Source of the DNA: Squalus acanthias
Taxonomy: Eukaryota
Reading direction: 5' to 3'
DNA: 64,000 nt
NCBI GenBank assembly: GCA_030390025.1
Contig: CM059432.1
Coordinates: 142,044,001 to 142,108,000 of the forward strand
Part shown: piece by piece, positions 1 through 13,950 of the stretch
Layout: every line of letters starts with the position of its first letter
How positions within the stretch are numbered: position 1 is the first letter of the stretch
Made by a program: the position numbers and the translations under genes
The notes under the pieces: generated by a model
The model's input: only the letters and a program-made list of their open reading frames with translations
What the model was told of the DNA's origin: nothing
Databases searched by the model: none

Positions 1-3000
1 GTAATGATATAGGGCTAGTATTAATGGTAATGAAATAGGGCTAGCATTAATGGTAATGATATAGGGCTAGCATTAATGGTAATAAATATAGAGCCAGCAT
101 TATTGGTAATGATGTAAGGCTAGAAGTAATGGAATTATATAGGGCTAGCGTTAATGGCATTGATATTTGGGCCAGCATTGATGTTAATGATATAGAGCTA
201 GCATTATTGGTAATGATGTAAGGCTAGAGTTACTGGTAATTATATAGGGCTAGCTTTAATGGTAATAGATATATAGCTAGCATTAATAGTAATAGATATA
301 GGGCTAGCATTAATGGTAATAGATATAGGGCTAGCATTAATGGTAATAGATTTAGGGCTAGCATTAATGGTAATAGCTATAGGGCTAGCATTAATGGTAA
401 TAGATATAGGGCTAGCATTAATGGTAATAGATATAGGGCTAGCATTAATGGTAATGTTATTCGGCTAGCATTAATGGTAATAGATATAGGGCTAGCATTA
501 ATGGTAATAGATATAGGGCTAGCATTAATGGTAATAGATATAGGGCTAGCATTAATTGTAATGATGTAAGGCTAGAATTAATGGTAATGATATTGGGCTA
601 TCATTAATGGTAATAGATATAGGGCTACCATTAATGGTAATAATATTGGGCTATCATTAATGGTACGAGATATAGGGCTAGCATTAATGATAATAGATAT
701 TGCGATAGCATTAAAGGTAAGACATATAGTGGTAGCATTAATGACAATGATATAGGGTAGCATTAATGGTAATAGATATAGGGCAAGCATTAATGGTAAT
801 AGATATTGGGTGAGCATTAATGGTAATGATATATAGCTACCATTAATGGCATGATATAGGGCTAGCATTAATGGTAATGATATAGTGCTAGCATTAATGG
901 TAATAGATATAGGGCTAGCATAATGACAATGATATAGGGCTAGCATTAATGGTAATGATAATGGGCTAGTGCTAATGTAATAGATATAGGGCTAGCATTA
1001 ATGGTAATGATATAGTGCTAGCATTAATGGTAATAGATATAGGGCTAGCATAATGACAATGATACAGGGCTAGCATTAATGGTAATGATATAGGGCTAGC
1101 AATAATGGTAATGATATAGTGCGAGCATTAATGGAACTAGATATTGGGCTAGCATAATGACAATGATATAGGGCTAACATTAATGGTAATGGTAATGAGC
1201 TAGTACTAATGTAATAGATATAGGGCTAGCATTAATGAAAATGATATAAGGCTGGAATTAATGGCAAAGATATAGGGCTTGCATTAATGGTAATAGATAT
1301 AGAGCCAGCATTATTGGTAATGATGTAAGGCTAGAAGTAATGGTAATAATATAGGGCTAGCATTAATGGTAATAGATATATGGCTAGCATTAATGGTAAT
1401 TATACTGGGCTAGTATTAATGGCAATAGATATAGGGCTAGCATTAATGCTAATGATATAGTGCTAGCATTAATGGTATGAGATATAGGGCTAGCATAATG
1501 ACAATGCTATAGGGCTAGCATTAATGGTAATGATATAGGGCTAGCAATAATGGTAATGATATAGTGCTAGCATTAATGGTAATGATATAGGGCTAGCATT
1601 AATGGCATGATATAGGGCTAGCATTAATAGTACTAGATATTGGGCTAGCATTAATGACTATGATATAGGGCTAGCATTAATGGTAATGATATAGTGCTAG
1701 CATTAATGGTAATAGATATAGGGCTAGAATAATGACAATGATATAGGGCTAGCATTAATGGTAATGATAATGGGCTAGTGCTAATGTAATAGATATAGGG
1801 CTAGCATTAATGACAATGATATAGGGCTAGCATTAATGGTAATGATATAGTGCTAGCATTAATGGTAATAGATATAGGGCTAGCATAATGACAATGATAC
1901 AGGGCTAGCATTAATGGTAATGATATAGGGCTAGCAATAATGGTAATGATATAGGGCTAGCAATAATGGTAATGATATAGTGCTAGCATTAATGGAACTA
2001 GATATTGGGCTAGCATAATGACAATGATACAGGGCTAGCATTAATGGTAATGATATAGGGCTAGCAATAATGGTGATGATATAGTGCTAGCATTAATGGT
2101 ATGAGATATAGGGCTAGCATAATGACAATGCTATAGGGCTAGCATTAATGGTAATGATATAGGGCTAGCAATAATGGTAATGATATAGTGCTAGCATTAA
2201 TGGTAATGATATAGGGCTAGCATTAATGGCATGATATAGGGCTAGCATTAATAGTACTAGATATTGGGCTAGCATTAATGACTATGCTATAGGGCTAGCA
2301 TTAATGGTAATGATATAGTGCTAGCATTAATGGTAATAGATATAGGGCTAGAATAATGACAATGATATAGGGCTAGCATTAATGGTAATGATATAGGGCT
2401 AGTGCTAATGTAATAGATATAGGGCTAGCATTAATGACAATGATATAGGGCTAGCATTAATGGTAATGATATAGTGCTAGCATTAATGGTAAAGATATAG
2501 GGCTTGCATTAATGGTAATAAATATAGAGCCAGCATTATTGGTAATGATGTAAGGCTAGAAGTAATGGTAATAATATAGGGCTAGCATTAATGGTAATAG
2601 ATATATGGCTAGCATTAATGGTAATTATACTGGGCTAGTATTAATGGCAATAGATATAGGGCTACCATTAATGGTAATGATATTGGGCTAGCATTAATGG
2701 TATGAGATATAGGGCTAGCATTAATGGTAATAGATATTACGATAGCATTAAAGGTAAGAGATATAGAGGTAGCATTAATGACAATGATATAGGGTAGCAT
2801 TAATGGTAATAGATATAGGGCAAGCATTAAAGGTAATAGATATTGGGTGAGCATTAATGGTAATGATATATAGCTACCATTAATGGCAATGATATAGTGC
2901 TAGCATTAATGGTACTAGATATTGGGCTAGCATAATGACAATGATATAGGCCTAGCATTAATGGTAATGATAATGGGCTAGTACTAATGTAATAGATATA

Positions 3001-4987
3001 GGGCTAGCATTAATGAAAATGATATAAGGCTGGAATTAATGGTAATAGATATAGAGCCAGCATTATTGGTAATGATGTAAGGCTAGAAGTAATGGTAATA
3101 GATATTGCGCTAGCATTAATGGTAATAGATATTGGGCTAGCATTAATGGTACTAGATATTGGGCTAGCATTAATGACAATGATATCGGGCTAGCATTAAT
3201 GACAATGATATAGGGCTAGCATTAATGGTAATGATACATGGCTATCATTAATGGTAATGATATAGGGCTAGTATTAATGGTAATAGATATAGGGTAAGCA
3301 TTAATGGTAATGATATGAGACTAGAATTAATGGTAATGATATAGGGCTAGCATTAATGGTAATAGATATAGAGCCAGCATTATTGGTAATGATGTAAGGC
3401 TAGAAGTAATGGTAATTATATAGGGCTAGCGTTAATGGCATTGATATTGGGTCAGCATTGATGTTAATGATGTAGAGCTAGCATTATTGGTAATGATGTA
3501 AGGCTAGAATTACTGGTAATTATATAGGGCTAGCATTAATGGTAATGAGATAGGGCTAGCATTAATAGTAATAGATATAGGGCTAGCATTAATGGTAATA
3601 GATATAGGGCTAGCATTAATGGTAATGATGTAAGGTTAGAAGTAATGGTAATTATATAGGGCTAGTATTAATGGTAATGAAATAGGGCTAGCATTAATGG
3701 TAATAAATATAGGGCTAGCATTATTGGTAATGATATTAGGCTAGAATTAATGGTAATGATATAGGGCTAGCATTAATTGTACTGATATAAGGCTAGAATT
3801 AATAGTAATGATATCGGGCTATCATTAATGGTAATAGATATAGAGCTAGTATTATTGGTAATGATGTAAGCTAGAATTACTGGTAATGATATAGGGCTAG
3901 CATTAATGGTACTAGATATTGGGCTAGCATTAATGACAATGATATAGGATGAGCATTAATAGTAATAGATATAGGGCTAGCATTAATGGTAATGTTATAG
4001 TGCTATCATTAATGGTACTAGATATTGGGCTAGCATTAATGGTAATAGATATAGGGCTAGCATTAATGGTAATAGATATAGGGCTAGCATTAATGGTAAT
4101 AGATATAGGGCTATCATTAATTTTAATGATAGAGGGCTAGCATTAATGGTAATGATATAGGGCTAGCATTAATGGCAATGATAGAGGGCCAGCATTAATG
4201 GTAATGATATAGGTCTAGCATTAATGCTAATGATATAGGGCTAGCCTTAATAGTAATGATATAGGTCTAGCATTAATGGTAATAGATATAGGCCTAGCAT
4301 TAATGGTAACAGATATAGGGCTAGCAATAATGGTAATGATATTGGGCCAGCATTAATGCTAATGATATAGTGCCAGCATTAATGGTGATGATATAGGGCT
4401 AGCATTAATGGTAATGCATATGAGCATTAATGATAGTAAATCTGGTGCTAGCATTATTGGTTTATGCATTAATAGCTTTAATTATAAGGTATTCAATGTT
4501 GGTAATGAATATAGGGTCAGCATTATTGGTAATGAATATAATTCTGGCATTATTGGTAATGAAGTATAAAGCAAGCATCATTAGTAATAAATATAGGGCC
4601 AATATTAATGTTGGCGAATATGGAGCTAGTATTAATAGTAATGAATATAGGACTAACATTAATGGTAGCAAATGTAGGGTTAATCTTACTGAAAGTGAAT
4701 ATAGAACTTATATTAATGGTAACAGATACATGGCAAGCATTGATGGTAATGTTATAGGGTTAGTATTAATGGTAATGATATAAGGCTAGCATTACTGTAA
4801 TGCATATGAGCATTAATGTCAATAAATCAGGTGCTAGCATTATTGGCTTTGCATATAGGACTAGCATTAACAGTATTAATTATAGGACATTCATCGATGG
4901 TAATGAATATAGGTTTAGCATTAGTGGTAATGATATATGGCTGCTATGGTTGGTAAGGAATATAGGGCCAGCATTAGTGGTAATGAA

Positions 4988-5212
4988 ATAACAACAGAAA
5001 ATGCTGGAAACACTCAGCCCGTCAAGCAGCATCCGTGAAGAGAGAAACATAGTTAACGTTTCAGGTCTGTGACCCTTCGTCACGGGGTCACAGACCTGAA
5101 ACTTTAACTCTGTTTCTCTCTCCACGGACGCTGCCTGACCTGCTGAGTGTTTCCAGCATTTTCTGTTGTTATTTCAGATTTTCAGCATCCGTAGTATTTT
5201 ACTATTGTATTC
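4988..5212. mobile_element. Fold-back Penelope-like (PLE) mini-insertion with partial hammerhead motif
   Basis: About 90-bp inverted arms (ACAACAGAAAATGCTGGAAACACTCAGC...GCTGAGTGTTTCCAGCATTTTCTGTTGT). Flanking 11-bp direct repeat GTGGTAATGAA at 4977-4987 and 5213-5223. Minus strand reads TGACGAAGGGTCACAGACCTGAAACGTTAAC. Confidence 0.75.
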
Positions 5213-5316
5213 GTGGTAATGAATAATGGTCTAGTATTATTAGTAATGAATATAGGTTTCGCATTAATAATAATGAGCATAAAGCAAGAATTATTAGTAA
5301 TAAATATAGGGACAAT

Positions 5317-6079
5317 GGGGCAGAAATTCGGCTGTTGTCGGGTGAGTACGCACTGTGTACTCAACCGTGGACGGAACGAAAGTGCCGGTTTCTTGCATGC
5401 ACTGCGCATGCGCGGGAAACCGGCACTTCCGTTCCCCTGAGGAAAGGGGTTCAGAGGTCGAACGCGCACACCGGAGGGCCAGCGCGTTCGCCTCGCACTT
5501 CGGATTTTTTTGCAGGGTCCTCCGTGAGGGTAAGCACGGAAAAGATACACTTTTAAAAAGGATGCGCAAGGCCTTCTTTTAACAAGGTAAGTGTTGATTT
5601 TATTAAAATTTAAACATTTTTTTCACAGATTTATCTTTTTTAATTATTTTAAAGAAAGGCAAGTTTAGTTTTAGCCCCGTTAAAAAATTTAATTAATTTT
5701 TTCAAAAATTAAAATTTTTGTTTAAAATAGTTAATTAATGTAATTTATAGTTATTTTAAAAATGTGATTTTTAAAAAAAAATTTATTTGTAATTTTAGGG
5801 ATGTTTTGGGGCCGATTTGTATTCATAGATTTGACAGGTCCTGTCAAATCTATGAATGAAAGATGGTCTGCTGCCATTGGCTCTCCATGGCCCACGTGAT
5901 CCCAGTGGACGCATCGCACTAACTACGCCCCTGGGATACACAAGCACTGCGCGCCGGCAGCTGCAGGAGGCCCAGGAGCTGAAGTCCCCGTGGGCCCAGA
6001 GGTCAACGGCAGGCGCGGTAGGTAGGTGCGCGCGCGATCCTTGCACCCGCGGGAAGCCAGGGAGCCGAATTTCTGGCCC
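5317..6079. mobile_element. Non-autonomous PIF/Harbinger-type MITE inserted in the satellite
   Basis: TIRs GGGGCAGAAATTCGG / CCGAATTTCTGGCCC, 3-bp TSD AAT (5314-5316, 6080-6082). Removing it restores a satellite unit. Confidence 0.88.
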
Positions 6080-6274
6080 AATATTAATGGTAGTGAATAT
6101 GGAGCTCGTATTTTTGGTAATGAATATACCACTGCCATTATTGACATTAGCTGTCGGATTAGTATTAATGGTAATAAATATAGTGCTAATATTGGTAATG
6201 GTAATAATATTGATAATCGGTTAAATAGGGTAGCTTTATTAGTAATGAAATAGAAAAAGCATTAATGGTAATGA

Positions 6275-7645
6275 ATATTCCCATCAACTCCATGACCTCT
6301 CCTTCACAAAGACCACCTACTTCTACCTCCATAACAACACCTGCGTTAGCCTCTACTTCAGCCCACCAGCTGGTGAAACCCTCATGCATGCCTTTGTTAC
6401 CTCCAGACTTGATTACTCCAATGCTCTCCTAGCCAGCCTCACATTCTCCACCCTATAGAAACACATCAGCTCATCCAAAACTCTGCTGCCTGTATTCTCT
6501 CACACCAAGTCCCACTTGCCCATCACCTGCATTAACTTTCAGTCCCCCAATGCCCCATAGTTGAAATTCTGAATCAGTGTTTAAATCCCTCCGTGGCCTC
6601 ACCTCTGTCTATCTCTGTAACCTCTCCAGCCCTATAATCTGCCACCCCCACCACGCCAGCGCACCCCCCCCCCCCGCCCCCCAAACTCTTTGGGGGGGAA
6701 ATTCGGTGACGCCCCCTTTGGGGTGCTAATGTCGCCGAGGCGCCCCGAAAAAGTTAGTGCCATTGCGCCGTAAATTCAGTAGTAGTGCCCCAAGCAGGAG
6801 GCGGGGCGCTACTGGAAGCACTCCCCCTCTTTCTTGGGGCGCTACCAGTGAATTTCGCGGTGCTACGTGCAACAGCGCCACGCACATTGGTACGTAGCGC
6901 CGCGTCACTGCAGGCCTCCCTCCCCTGATTAAAGGGGAGGGGCCTAGCGCTGCGCGCACCGGGGCCCTGTTGGACCACCGGGGAGTGGGGTGCTGGGAAA
7001 ACAGCCCGGCACTCAAGAGGAGTGCCTCTTAAGTAGCGCCCATTAAGTAGCGCCGCTGCGGCTGCAAAAACGCCAGCCTGACCCTGTCGGACATATCGTC
7101 CGGCGATAGGTCGGTGGCGCAACCCAAGATTGCGGCTGGGGCGCGAGTGAGCCACTGTGCACGGCGATGATGTCATCGCCAGCGGCATAGCACCACAGGG
7201 CGCTACCGGTTACTGCCGCCACTAACCTCCCGCTGAATTTCGCGGGAGGCGTTAGCAGCGCCGTGCCCGGGCGCTAGGGGCTTTGCGCCCCGTTAGCCTC
7301 CCCCAGGGGGCGTTCACAGGAGGCGTAAAGCAATCCAATTTTTCCCCCTTTGTTCTTTTGGCTCCAGCCTCTTGTGCATCACCCCTCCCTTTATCTCACT
7401 ATTGTTGGCCACATCTTCAGCTGCCTAGGCTCCGCGCTCTGGAATTTGTTCACTGAACTTCTCTGCCTCTCCACTTCCCTCTCCTCTTTTAAGACCCTGA
7501 TTAAAACTCATCTCTTTGACTAAGCTATTGGTCACTCTTCCTAATCTTCATTGGCTTGGCGTCCATATTTCCTTACAACGCGGTGAAGCGCTTTGGGACG
7601 TGTCTCTCTGTAAAGGGTATATGTAAATGCAAGCTGTTATTTTTG
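6275..7645 (+). mobile_element. L2-like LINE 3' fragment, interrupted by a MITE
   Basis: ETLMHAFVTSRLDYSNALLA-type C-terminal ORF2 remnant near 6375-6435. Tail GTGAAGCGCTTTGGGACG...TAAATGCAAG. Confidence 0.75.
6692..7348. mobile_element. Harbinger-type MITE
   Basis: Imperfect TIRs GGGGGGGAAATTCGG / TCCAATTTTTCCCCC, TSD TTT, CpG-rich, repeated GGGCGCTA/TAGCGCC motifs shared with the 15745-19660 element. Confidence 0.82.
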
Positions 7646-8149
7646 CATGTCACTGTGGCTCAGTGGGTAGCTCTCTCGCGTCTGAGTCAGAAAGGTTGTG
7701 GGTTCCAGACAATTGAGCAAAAAATCCCTCCTCCTCCTGCTCCTCCAAATAAGCTAGATCCAATGAGACTCAAAAAGGTGCTCCACTAGGGAACTCCAAC
7801 TGCAAACCAAATTCCACAGAATGGATTCAGGTTTTTAAGGTGCTCTCCTCCACGTAGGAAATAAAGGAACATCAGCAAAGTTCAATTCCAGTAGTCTCTG
7901 CACCATTACCATAGACTTGCCTCAGAACCAGTGACCACAACTCCAATTCCCCTTTCAACATTAGTCCCACACCTTACCTTCCCTCTGTTACTGACCATCA
8001 CAGCGTCCTCTTGGCCACAAAGCTGAAATAAAAGCCACCACAAAGCAAACTTTCCAATCCAACTTTATACATCTATCCATCCAATATGACATCAAGAAAT
8101 CAACTCCATTCCCTTAGTGACTGTCTTGTGTGTGCCTTTGCCTATTCTA

Positions 8150-10908
8150 CTGATGTCACGCAGTGGCTGCAGCATGGCTGGTGGAAGGCTGCTGACTTTC
8201 AGTGGGGGACACTGTAAATGGCCTTGCTGGTCAACCTTGAGGAGCTGGTGGCTGGGAGTGTGAAATCGAGTGACGGTATTTATTCTTCACTCTCCTCTCC
8301 CTCTTCTTGGCCAACCACTGGCTGGGCAGGCTGCATTTCTTGGGTGTGTGAAATGAGGAAGGCACAAGGATGGAGTTGTGGTGAGGGGAAGGCAGGAAAG
8401 CAAGAGGTGCATGCCAGAAGGAGGATAACGTAAGAGGATACCAGCATCTTGTATCCTTTCAGCCCCGCCGCTGGCCAAGGGTTCAGCCATACACCTGCCA
8501 AGAATGGCCTGCACCGTCTCCTCCAAGTGGGTGAGGTGAAACAAGGAATGGGAGAGTGAAACTACGATGGTATGAGGCGCGAGTTGGCTAGGATGGATTG
8601 GGGAACGTTACTTAAAGGGTTGACGGTGGATAGGCAATGGCAAACATTTAAAGATCGCATGGATGAACTACAGAATTTGTTCATCCCTGTCTGGCATAAA
8701 AATAAAACAAAAAAGGTGACTCAACCGTGGCTAACAAGGGAAATTAGGGATAGCATAAGATCCAAGGAGAGGACATATAAATTGGCCAGAAAAAGCAGCA
8801 AACCTGAGGATTGGGAGCAGTTTAGGATTCAGCAAAGGAGGACAAAAGGATTAATTAAGAGGGGGAAAATAGAGTATGAGAGTAAGCTTGTAGGGAACAT
8901 AAAAACTGACTGTAAAAGCTTCTATAGATATGTGAAGAGAAAAAGATTGGTGAAGTCAAGCGTAGGTCCCTTGCAGTCAGAATCAGGGGAATTTATAATG
9001 GGGAACAAAGAAATGACTGACTAATTAAATACATACTTTGGTTCTGGCTTCACAAAGGAGGACACAAATAACCTCCCAGAGATGTCGGGAACATAGGGTC
9101 TAATGAGAGGGAGGAACTGAATGAAATCAGTATTTGTAGGGAAATGGTGTTCGGGAAATTGACGGGATTGAAGGCTGATAAATCCCCAGGGCCTGATAAT
9201 CTACATCCTAGGGTACTTAAGAAAGTGGCCCTAGAAATAGTAGATGCATTGCTGGTCATCTTCCAAAATTCTATAGACTCTGGAACAGTTCCCATGGATT
9301 GGAGGGTAGCTAATGTAACACCACTATTTAAAAAAGGTGGTAGAGAGAAAACGGGGAATTATAGACCGGTAAGCCTGACATCGGTAGTGGGGAAAATGCT
9401 AGAGTCCATTATAAAAGATGTAATGGCAGAGCACTTGGAAAACAGTGACAGGATCGGACAAAGTCAACATGGATTTACAAAAGGTAAATCATGCTTGACT
9501 AATCTACTGGAATTTTTTGAGGATGTAACTGGTAGAATAGATAAGGGAGAACCAGTGGATGTGGTGTATTTGGACTTTCAGAAGGCTTTCGATAAGGTCC
9601 CACATAAGAGATTAGCGTGTAAAGTTAAAGCACATGGGATTGGGGGTAAGGTACTGACTTGGATAGAGAACTGGTTGGCAGACAGGAAGCAAAGAGTTGG
9701 AATAAACGGGTCTTTTTCTGAGTGGCAGGCAGTGACTAGTGGTGTACCGCAGGGATCGGTGCTCGGACCCCAGCTATTCACAATATCTAGATGAGGGAAC
9801 TAGATGTAATATCTCCAAGTTTGCAGACGACACAAAGTTGGGTGGGCGTGTGTGCTGTGAGGAGGATGCCGAGAAACTCCAGTATGATTTGGACAGGTTG
9901 GGTGATTGGGCAGATGCATGGCAGATGCAGTATAATGTGGATAAATGCGAGGTTATCCACTTTGGTGGCAAAAACAGGAAGGCAGATTATTATCTGAACG
10001 GCAATAGATTGGGAAAAGGGGAAGTGCGACGAGTTGGGTGTCCTTGTGCACCAGTCGCTGAAGGTAAGCATGTAGGTGCAGCAGGCGGTTAAGAAGGCAA
10101 ATGGTATGTTGGCCTTCATAGCGAGAGGATTCGAGTACAGGAGCAAGGATGTCTTGCTACAGTTGTACAGGGCCTTGGTGAGACCACACCTTGAGTATTG
10201 TGTGCAGTTTTGGTCGCCTTATCTGAGGAAGGATATTCTTGCCATGGAGGGAGTGCAGCAAAGATTCACCAGACTGATACCTGGGATGGCAGGAATGACG
10301 TATGAGGAGAGATTGGGTCGATTGTGCTTATATTCGCTGGAGTTTAGAAGAATGAGAGGGGATCTCATTGAAACTTATAAAATTCTAACAGGACTAGACA
10401 GACTAGATGCAGGAAGGATGTTCCTGATGGCGGGGGAGTCCAGAACCTGGGATCACAGTCTAAAGATAACGGGTAAGCCATTTAGGACAGAGATGAGGAG
10501 GAATTTCTTCATCCAGAGAGTGGTGAACCTGTGGAATTCTCCACCACAAAAGGCAGTTGAGGCCAATTCATTAAATATATTCAAGAAGGAGTTAGATATA
10601 TTTCTTAAGGGTAAAGGGATCAAGGGATATGGGGAGAAAGCAGGGACAGGGTACTGAGTTTGGATGATCAGCCATGATCTCATTAAATGGCGGAGCAGGC
10701 TCGAGGGGCCGAATGGCCTACTCCTGCTCCTATCTTCTATGTTTCTACGTGCCTCGTCATTGGTACAGATTGTTAGTAGGTGGGCTAATGATCATTAGTC
10801 CCCAGTGCCAATTTTTCAGTCCTGTCAGCACCACCATTTTCGGCGGCCGTTAACCCCCGGCTGTGGTGGCACTGGCAGCTTTCGTGGCAGCCACGAATTT
10901 CTAGGCCT
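8150..10908 (-). mobile_element. Decayed Harbinger relic split by a CR1 insertion
   Basis: 8161-8194 CAGTGGCTGCAGCATGGCTGGTGGAAGGCTGCTG nearly matches the reverse complement of 17785-17818 in the large Harbinger. TIR-like GAATTTCTAGGCC at ~10895-10907. Confidence 0.55.
8553..10750 (+). mobile_element. 5'-truncated CR1 LINE (RT ORF2, disrupted)
   Basis: ORF pieces 8572-9024, 9144-9794, 9739-10092, 10076-10657 with KSPGPD, NYRPVSLTS, QHGF, YLDFQKAFDKVPH, GVPQGSVLGP, FADD and RGDLIETYKI motifs. Stops and frameshifts. TTCTATGT-type tail. Confidence 0.96.
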
Positions 10909-11402
10909 ATGATTCTTTGATTGCTGTGAGCAACCTGGAAGAAAATCAATGGGCCATTTAAAACAAAATGGTGTTTATTTTTTCATTTTCTTTAAACACT
11001 TTTGTTTATTGGCATTGGAGATGGTGGAGAAAGGACTATTTGACTGACAGCCTAGAGCCATCCAACTGGGCAATGAAGAGTCTTTTGCCTTTCCAATTGA
11101 CGTGGTGTCAGGTGACCAATGGCGGGGCAGGAGGTCATGTGATGAAACCTCCAGGAAAACGTCCAACCAGAGTTGGCAACCCTAATGATTATACATTCAG
11201 TCCAACCCAGTCCCACCCCTCCAAAGATTGAAGATGTGCCAGTCAGCGGGCAAGCACTGGCAACTGCTGCCTTCTTGGGCATGGCTTCAGCTATAGCAGG
11301 TCCTTCTCAGAACCCTTGCACCTAGAAGTACAGCACCCCCCCCCCATCCCTTGAGGCTCACACTGAACACCAGCAGCCTCTTGCCACCCTTACTCCTCCC
11401 AT

Positions 11403-11838
11403 TCAGCGAATAGAGACGTAGCAACGCCTCGATTTAAAATTCTCATCCTCCTTTTCAAATCCCTCTTTGGCCTCGCCTCGATCCCTATCTCTGTAATCTC
11501 CTCCAGCCCCCCCCCCCACCCGAGATATCTGCGCTCCTCCAATTCTGGCCTCTTGCACATCCCCGATTTTCATCGCTTCGCCGTTTGCGGCCGTGCCTTC
11601 AGCTGCCTGGGCCCTAAACTCTGGAATTCCCTCCCTAAACCTCTCCGCCTCTCTACCGCTCTCTCCTCCTTCAAGACACTCCTTAAAACCTACCTCTGTG
11701 ACCAAGCTTTTGGTCATCTGTCCTAATATCTCCTTATATGGCTTGGTGTAAAATTTTGTTTGATAATCGCTCCTGTGAAGCACATTGGGATGTTTTACTT
11801 CATTAAAGGTGCTCTATCAATTCAAGTTGTTGTTGTTG
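11403..11838 (+). mobile_element. L2-like LINE 3' fragment
   Basis: GRAFSCLGPKLWNSLP remnant and GTTGTTGTTG tail. Same family as 13740-13950, 51403-51840, 52200-52585 and 58697-58965. Confidence 0.75.
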
Positions 11839-13069
11839 AAGCACCACTTATGAGGGGAAGCACACTGGAAGCCATCAGTACTTAACTTCTGCAGCCACAC
11901 AGCAGTAGGGGAACTTCCTGTGAAACTCACAGTGTTATTTTTAGTTCCATATTGCATTAAATTAGCTGCAACACTGCAGGATCTGCTTCAGAAATGCTCA
12001 CTGCATCGGTGGAATTAAGCAGTACAAATGTCCCTCTGGCATCCTTTTTACTAGAAGCTACGGCAACTTTATCAGCTATTTCGATGATCGTTTCTAAGGT
12101 ATAAGTGGAACAGAACAGTCACAAGAGGGAATCTTTTGCTCAACCAAGTACGCCGCTGCGGAAACTTGCAGAAAAGGTGGAGTATGAGGAAGATAGAAGG
12201 TATTTATTTGGTCACACTGTCCTCGCTCTTTCAACAGCCGGGTACATTACGATGTCGCAGCTTTCTAACGATTATTCCAGAACAGTCTGCCGTTTGATAC
12301 GTACTTACCCAGGCAATGTGGGGACTGCGCTGTTGCAGACTAATTGCCCTCAGCCACATTTAAGCTCAGTAACAGCTGATTAACAAATATGGGGTGATTC
12401 AGTCCAGTGATTTTTCAGAAGCAGTTTCTAAAAATAATGAGCAAAGGTACGCAGCAACGAACCAAAGATGCCTGCCGTCAATTTACTGGCTGCTGCTGGG
12501 TCACATTTTTTTTTTTATGCGACTGGAGATTGCTATGTTATATATTCCTGCTAAAATAAAATTTTAATTTATTTGCCCGCTCTCTCCCAGAAGCAGTGAC
12601 CACAGAGCTGTGAATACCAGACAGATCCTCACTGTGAGATTATCAGACCCGAGTCAGACGCATATCCATGATGCTTTGTCTTGCAGCAAAAATAGAAACA
12701 GACATCAGAATGTGTGCGTGTCAGCCGGGTTACAGGGACGGTCAGCCTGTGTTCTAATCTGAGTTTGTCCTGTTGCAGTTGATGCAGCAACTTCAAGTCA
12801 TAACGTTAATTGTCATCAGGGCAATCGAGTCACAGCTCCTGGTAACTATGGGGAGAGCGCATAACACATAGTTATTCCTGTCTGTGGTGTGATAGCATTT
12901 ATTACCAGATTAATCAGACGTGGCTCATATTCACTGGTTCTCTGAAATATGTATTCTGAAGAAAATATTCTCTGAATAATTTTCATTATTTTTAAGATGT
13001 TATAACAGTCAGTGTTATACTCTATCCACACACAGCACCCACTCTGCTGAACACACAAACTCTACCCCA

Positions 13070-13250
13070 CACCCCGCTCTGCCCCGCCCACTCGCTCTGC
13101 CCCGCCCACCCGCTCTACCCCGCCCACCCGCTCTACTCCGCCCACCCGCTCTGCCCCGCCCACTCGCTCTGCCCTGCCCACCCGCTCTACCCCCGCCCAC
13201 CCGCTCTACCCCGCCCACCCACTTACCCCACACACCCACTCTGCACCCAC
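13070..13250. repeat. ~18-bp C-rich minisatellite (CCCGCCCACCCGCTCTRC)
   Basis: About 8-9 imperfect tandem copies seen directly; G-runs on the minus strand. Confidence 0.85.
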
Positions 13251-13739
13251 AGTTCTCTCAACTTGGGCACCAGACCGAAGACATTATTTAGGCGAACTTG
13301 TGGAGTCAGCTGGGCCAACATTTAGCGTTTTCTGTCTCCTTGCAATGCCCTGCTCCCTTGTTTTGCTGCCTCTGCCAGTGTCACAAAATCACACATTACA
13401 TCCATTACAACTGTCTGGCAGTTAACTCACTGTGCCAAACATTTTCCTGTTGACGTGCTATTCCCCCAACCTGCTGCTGCAATCTTGGCTTTTTGATGGC
13501 TGCACCCCAATTTCCAATCTTCACCCCCCCCCACCACCGCCCCCAGTACACGACTCCAGTTCTACACAGGATTCTAGCTACTGAACCACTAATGGGTATT
13601 TAAAAGAGTCACTCCCACAATCTATATGGGTGTCGGGGGGGCGGGGAAGCATAGGGACTGCATTGGGGGAGCAAGTTCCAGCTCAGGGACACAACATCAA
13701 TGTAAATGGCCCCATGGGATTTTGGAGCTCCTGTTTTTA

Positions 13740-13950
13740 AGCTATCTTCAGCTGCCAAGGCCTGAAATTCTGGATTACCCTCTCTAAACCTCTCCGCCTC
13801 TCTCCTCTTTTAAGACACTCCTTAAAACCTACCTCTTTGACCATCTGTCCCAATAGCTCATGTGGCTCGGTGCCAAATTTTGTTTGGTAACGCTCCTGTG
13901 AAGCGCCTTGGGACATTTTACAGGCGCTATATAAATGCAAGTTGTTGCGC
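13740..13950 (+). mobile_element. L2-like 3' tail fragment
   Basis: Matches the 3' half of 11403-11838. Confidence 0.7.

Larger units (their letters stand above)
1..6270. repeat. AT-rich tandem satellite, 26/27-bp unit (ATGGTAAT[A]GATATAGGGCTAGCATTA); homogeneous to ~4400, diverged 4400-6270
   Basis: Unit seen directly (GGGCTAGC at 301 and 328 gives a 27-bp period). Array runs off the left edge. ORFs here are repeat translations. Confidence 0.97.

Noticed and set aside
578..4991. Hydrophobic repetitive ORFs (MLALYLLPL..., IDIGLALMV...)
   Set aside because: Translations of the 27-bp satellite; no splice or homology support.
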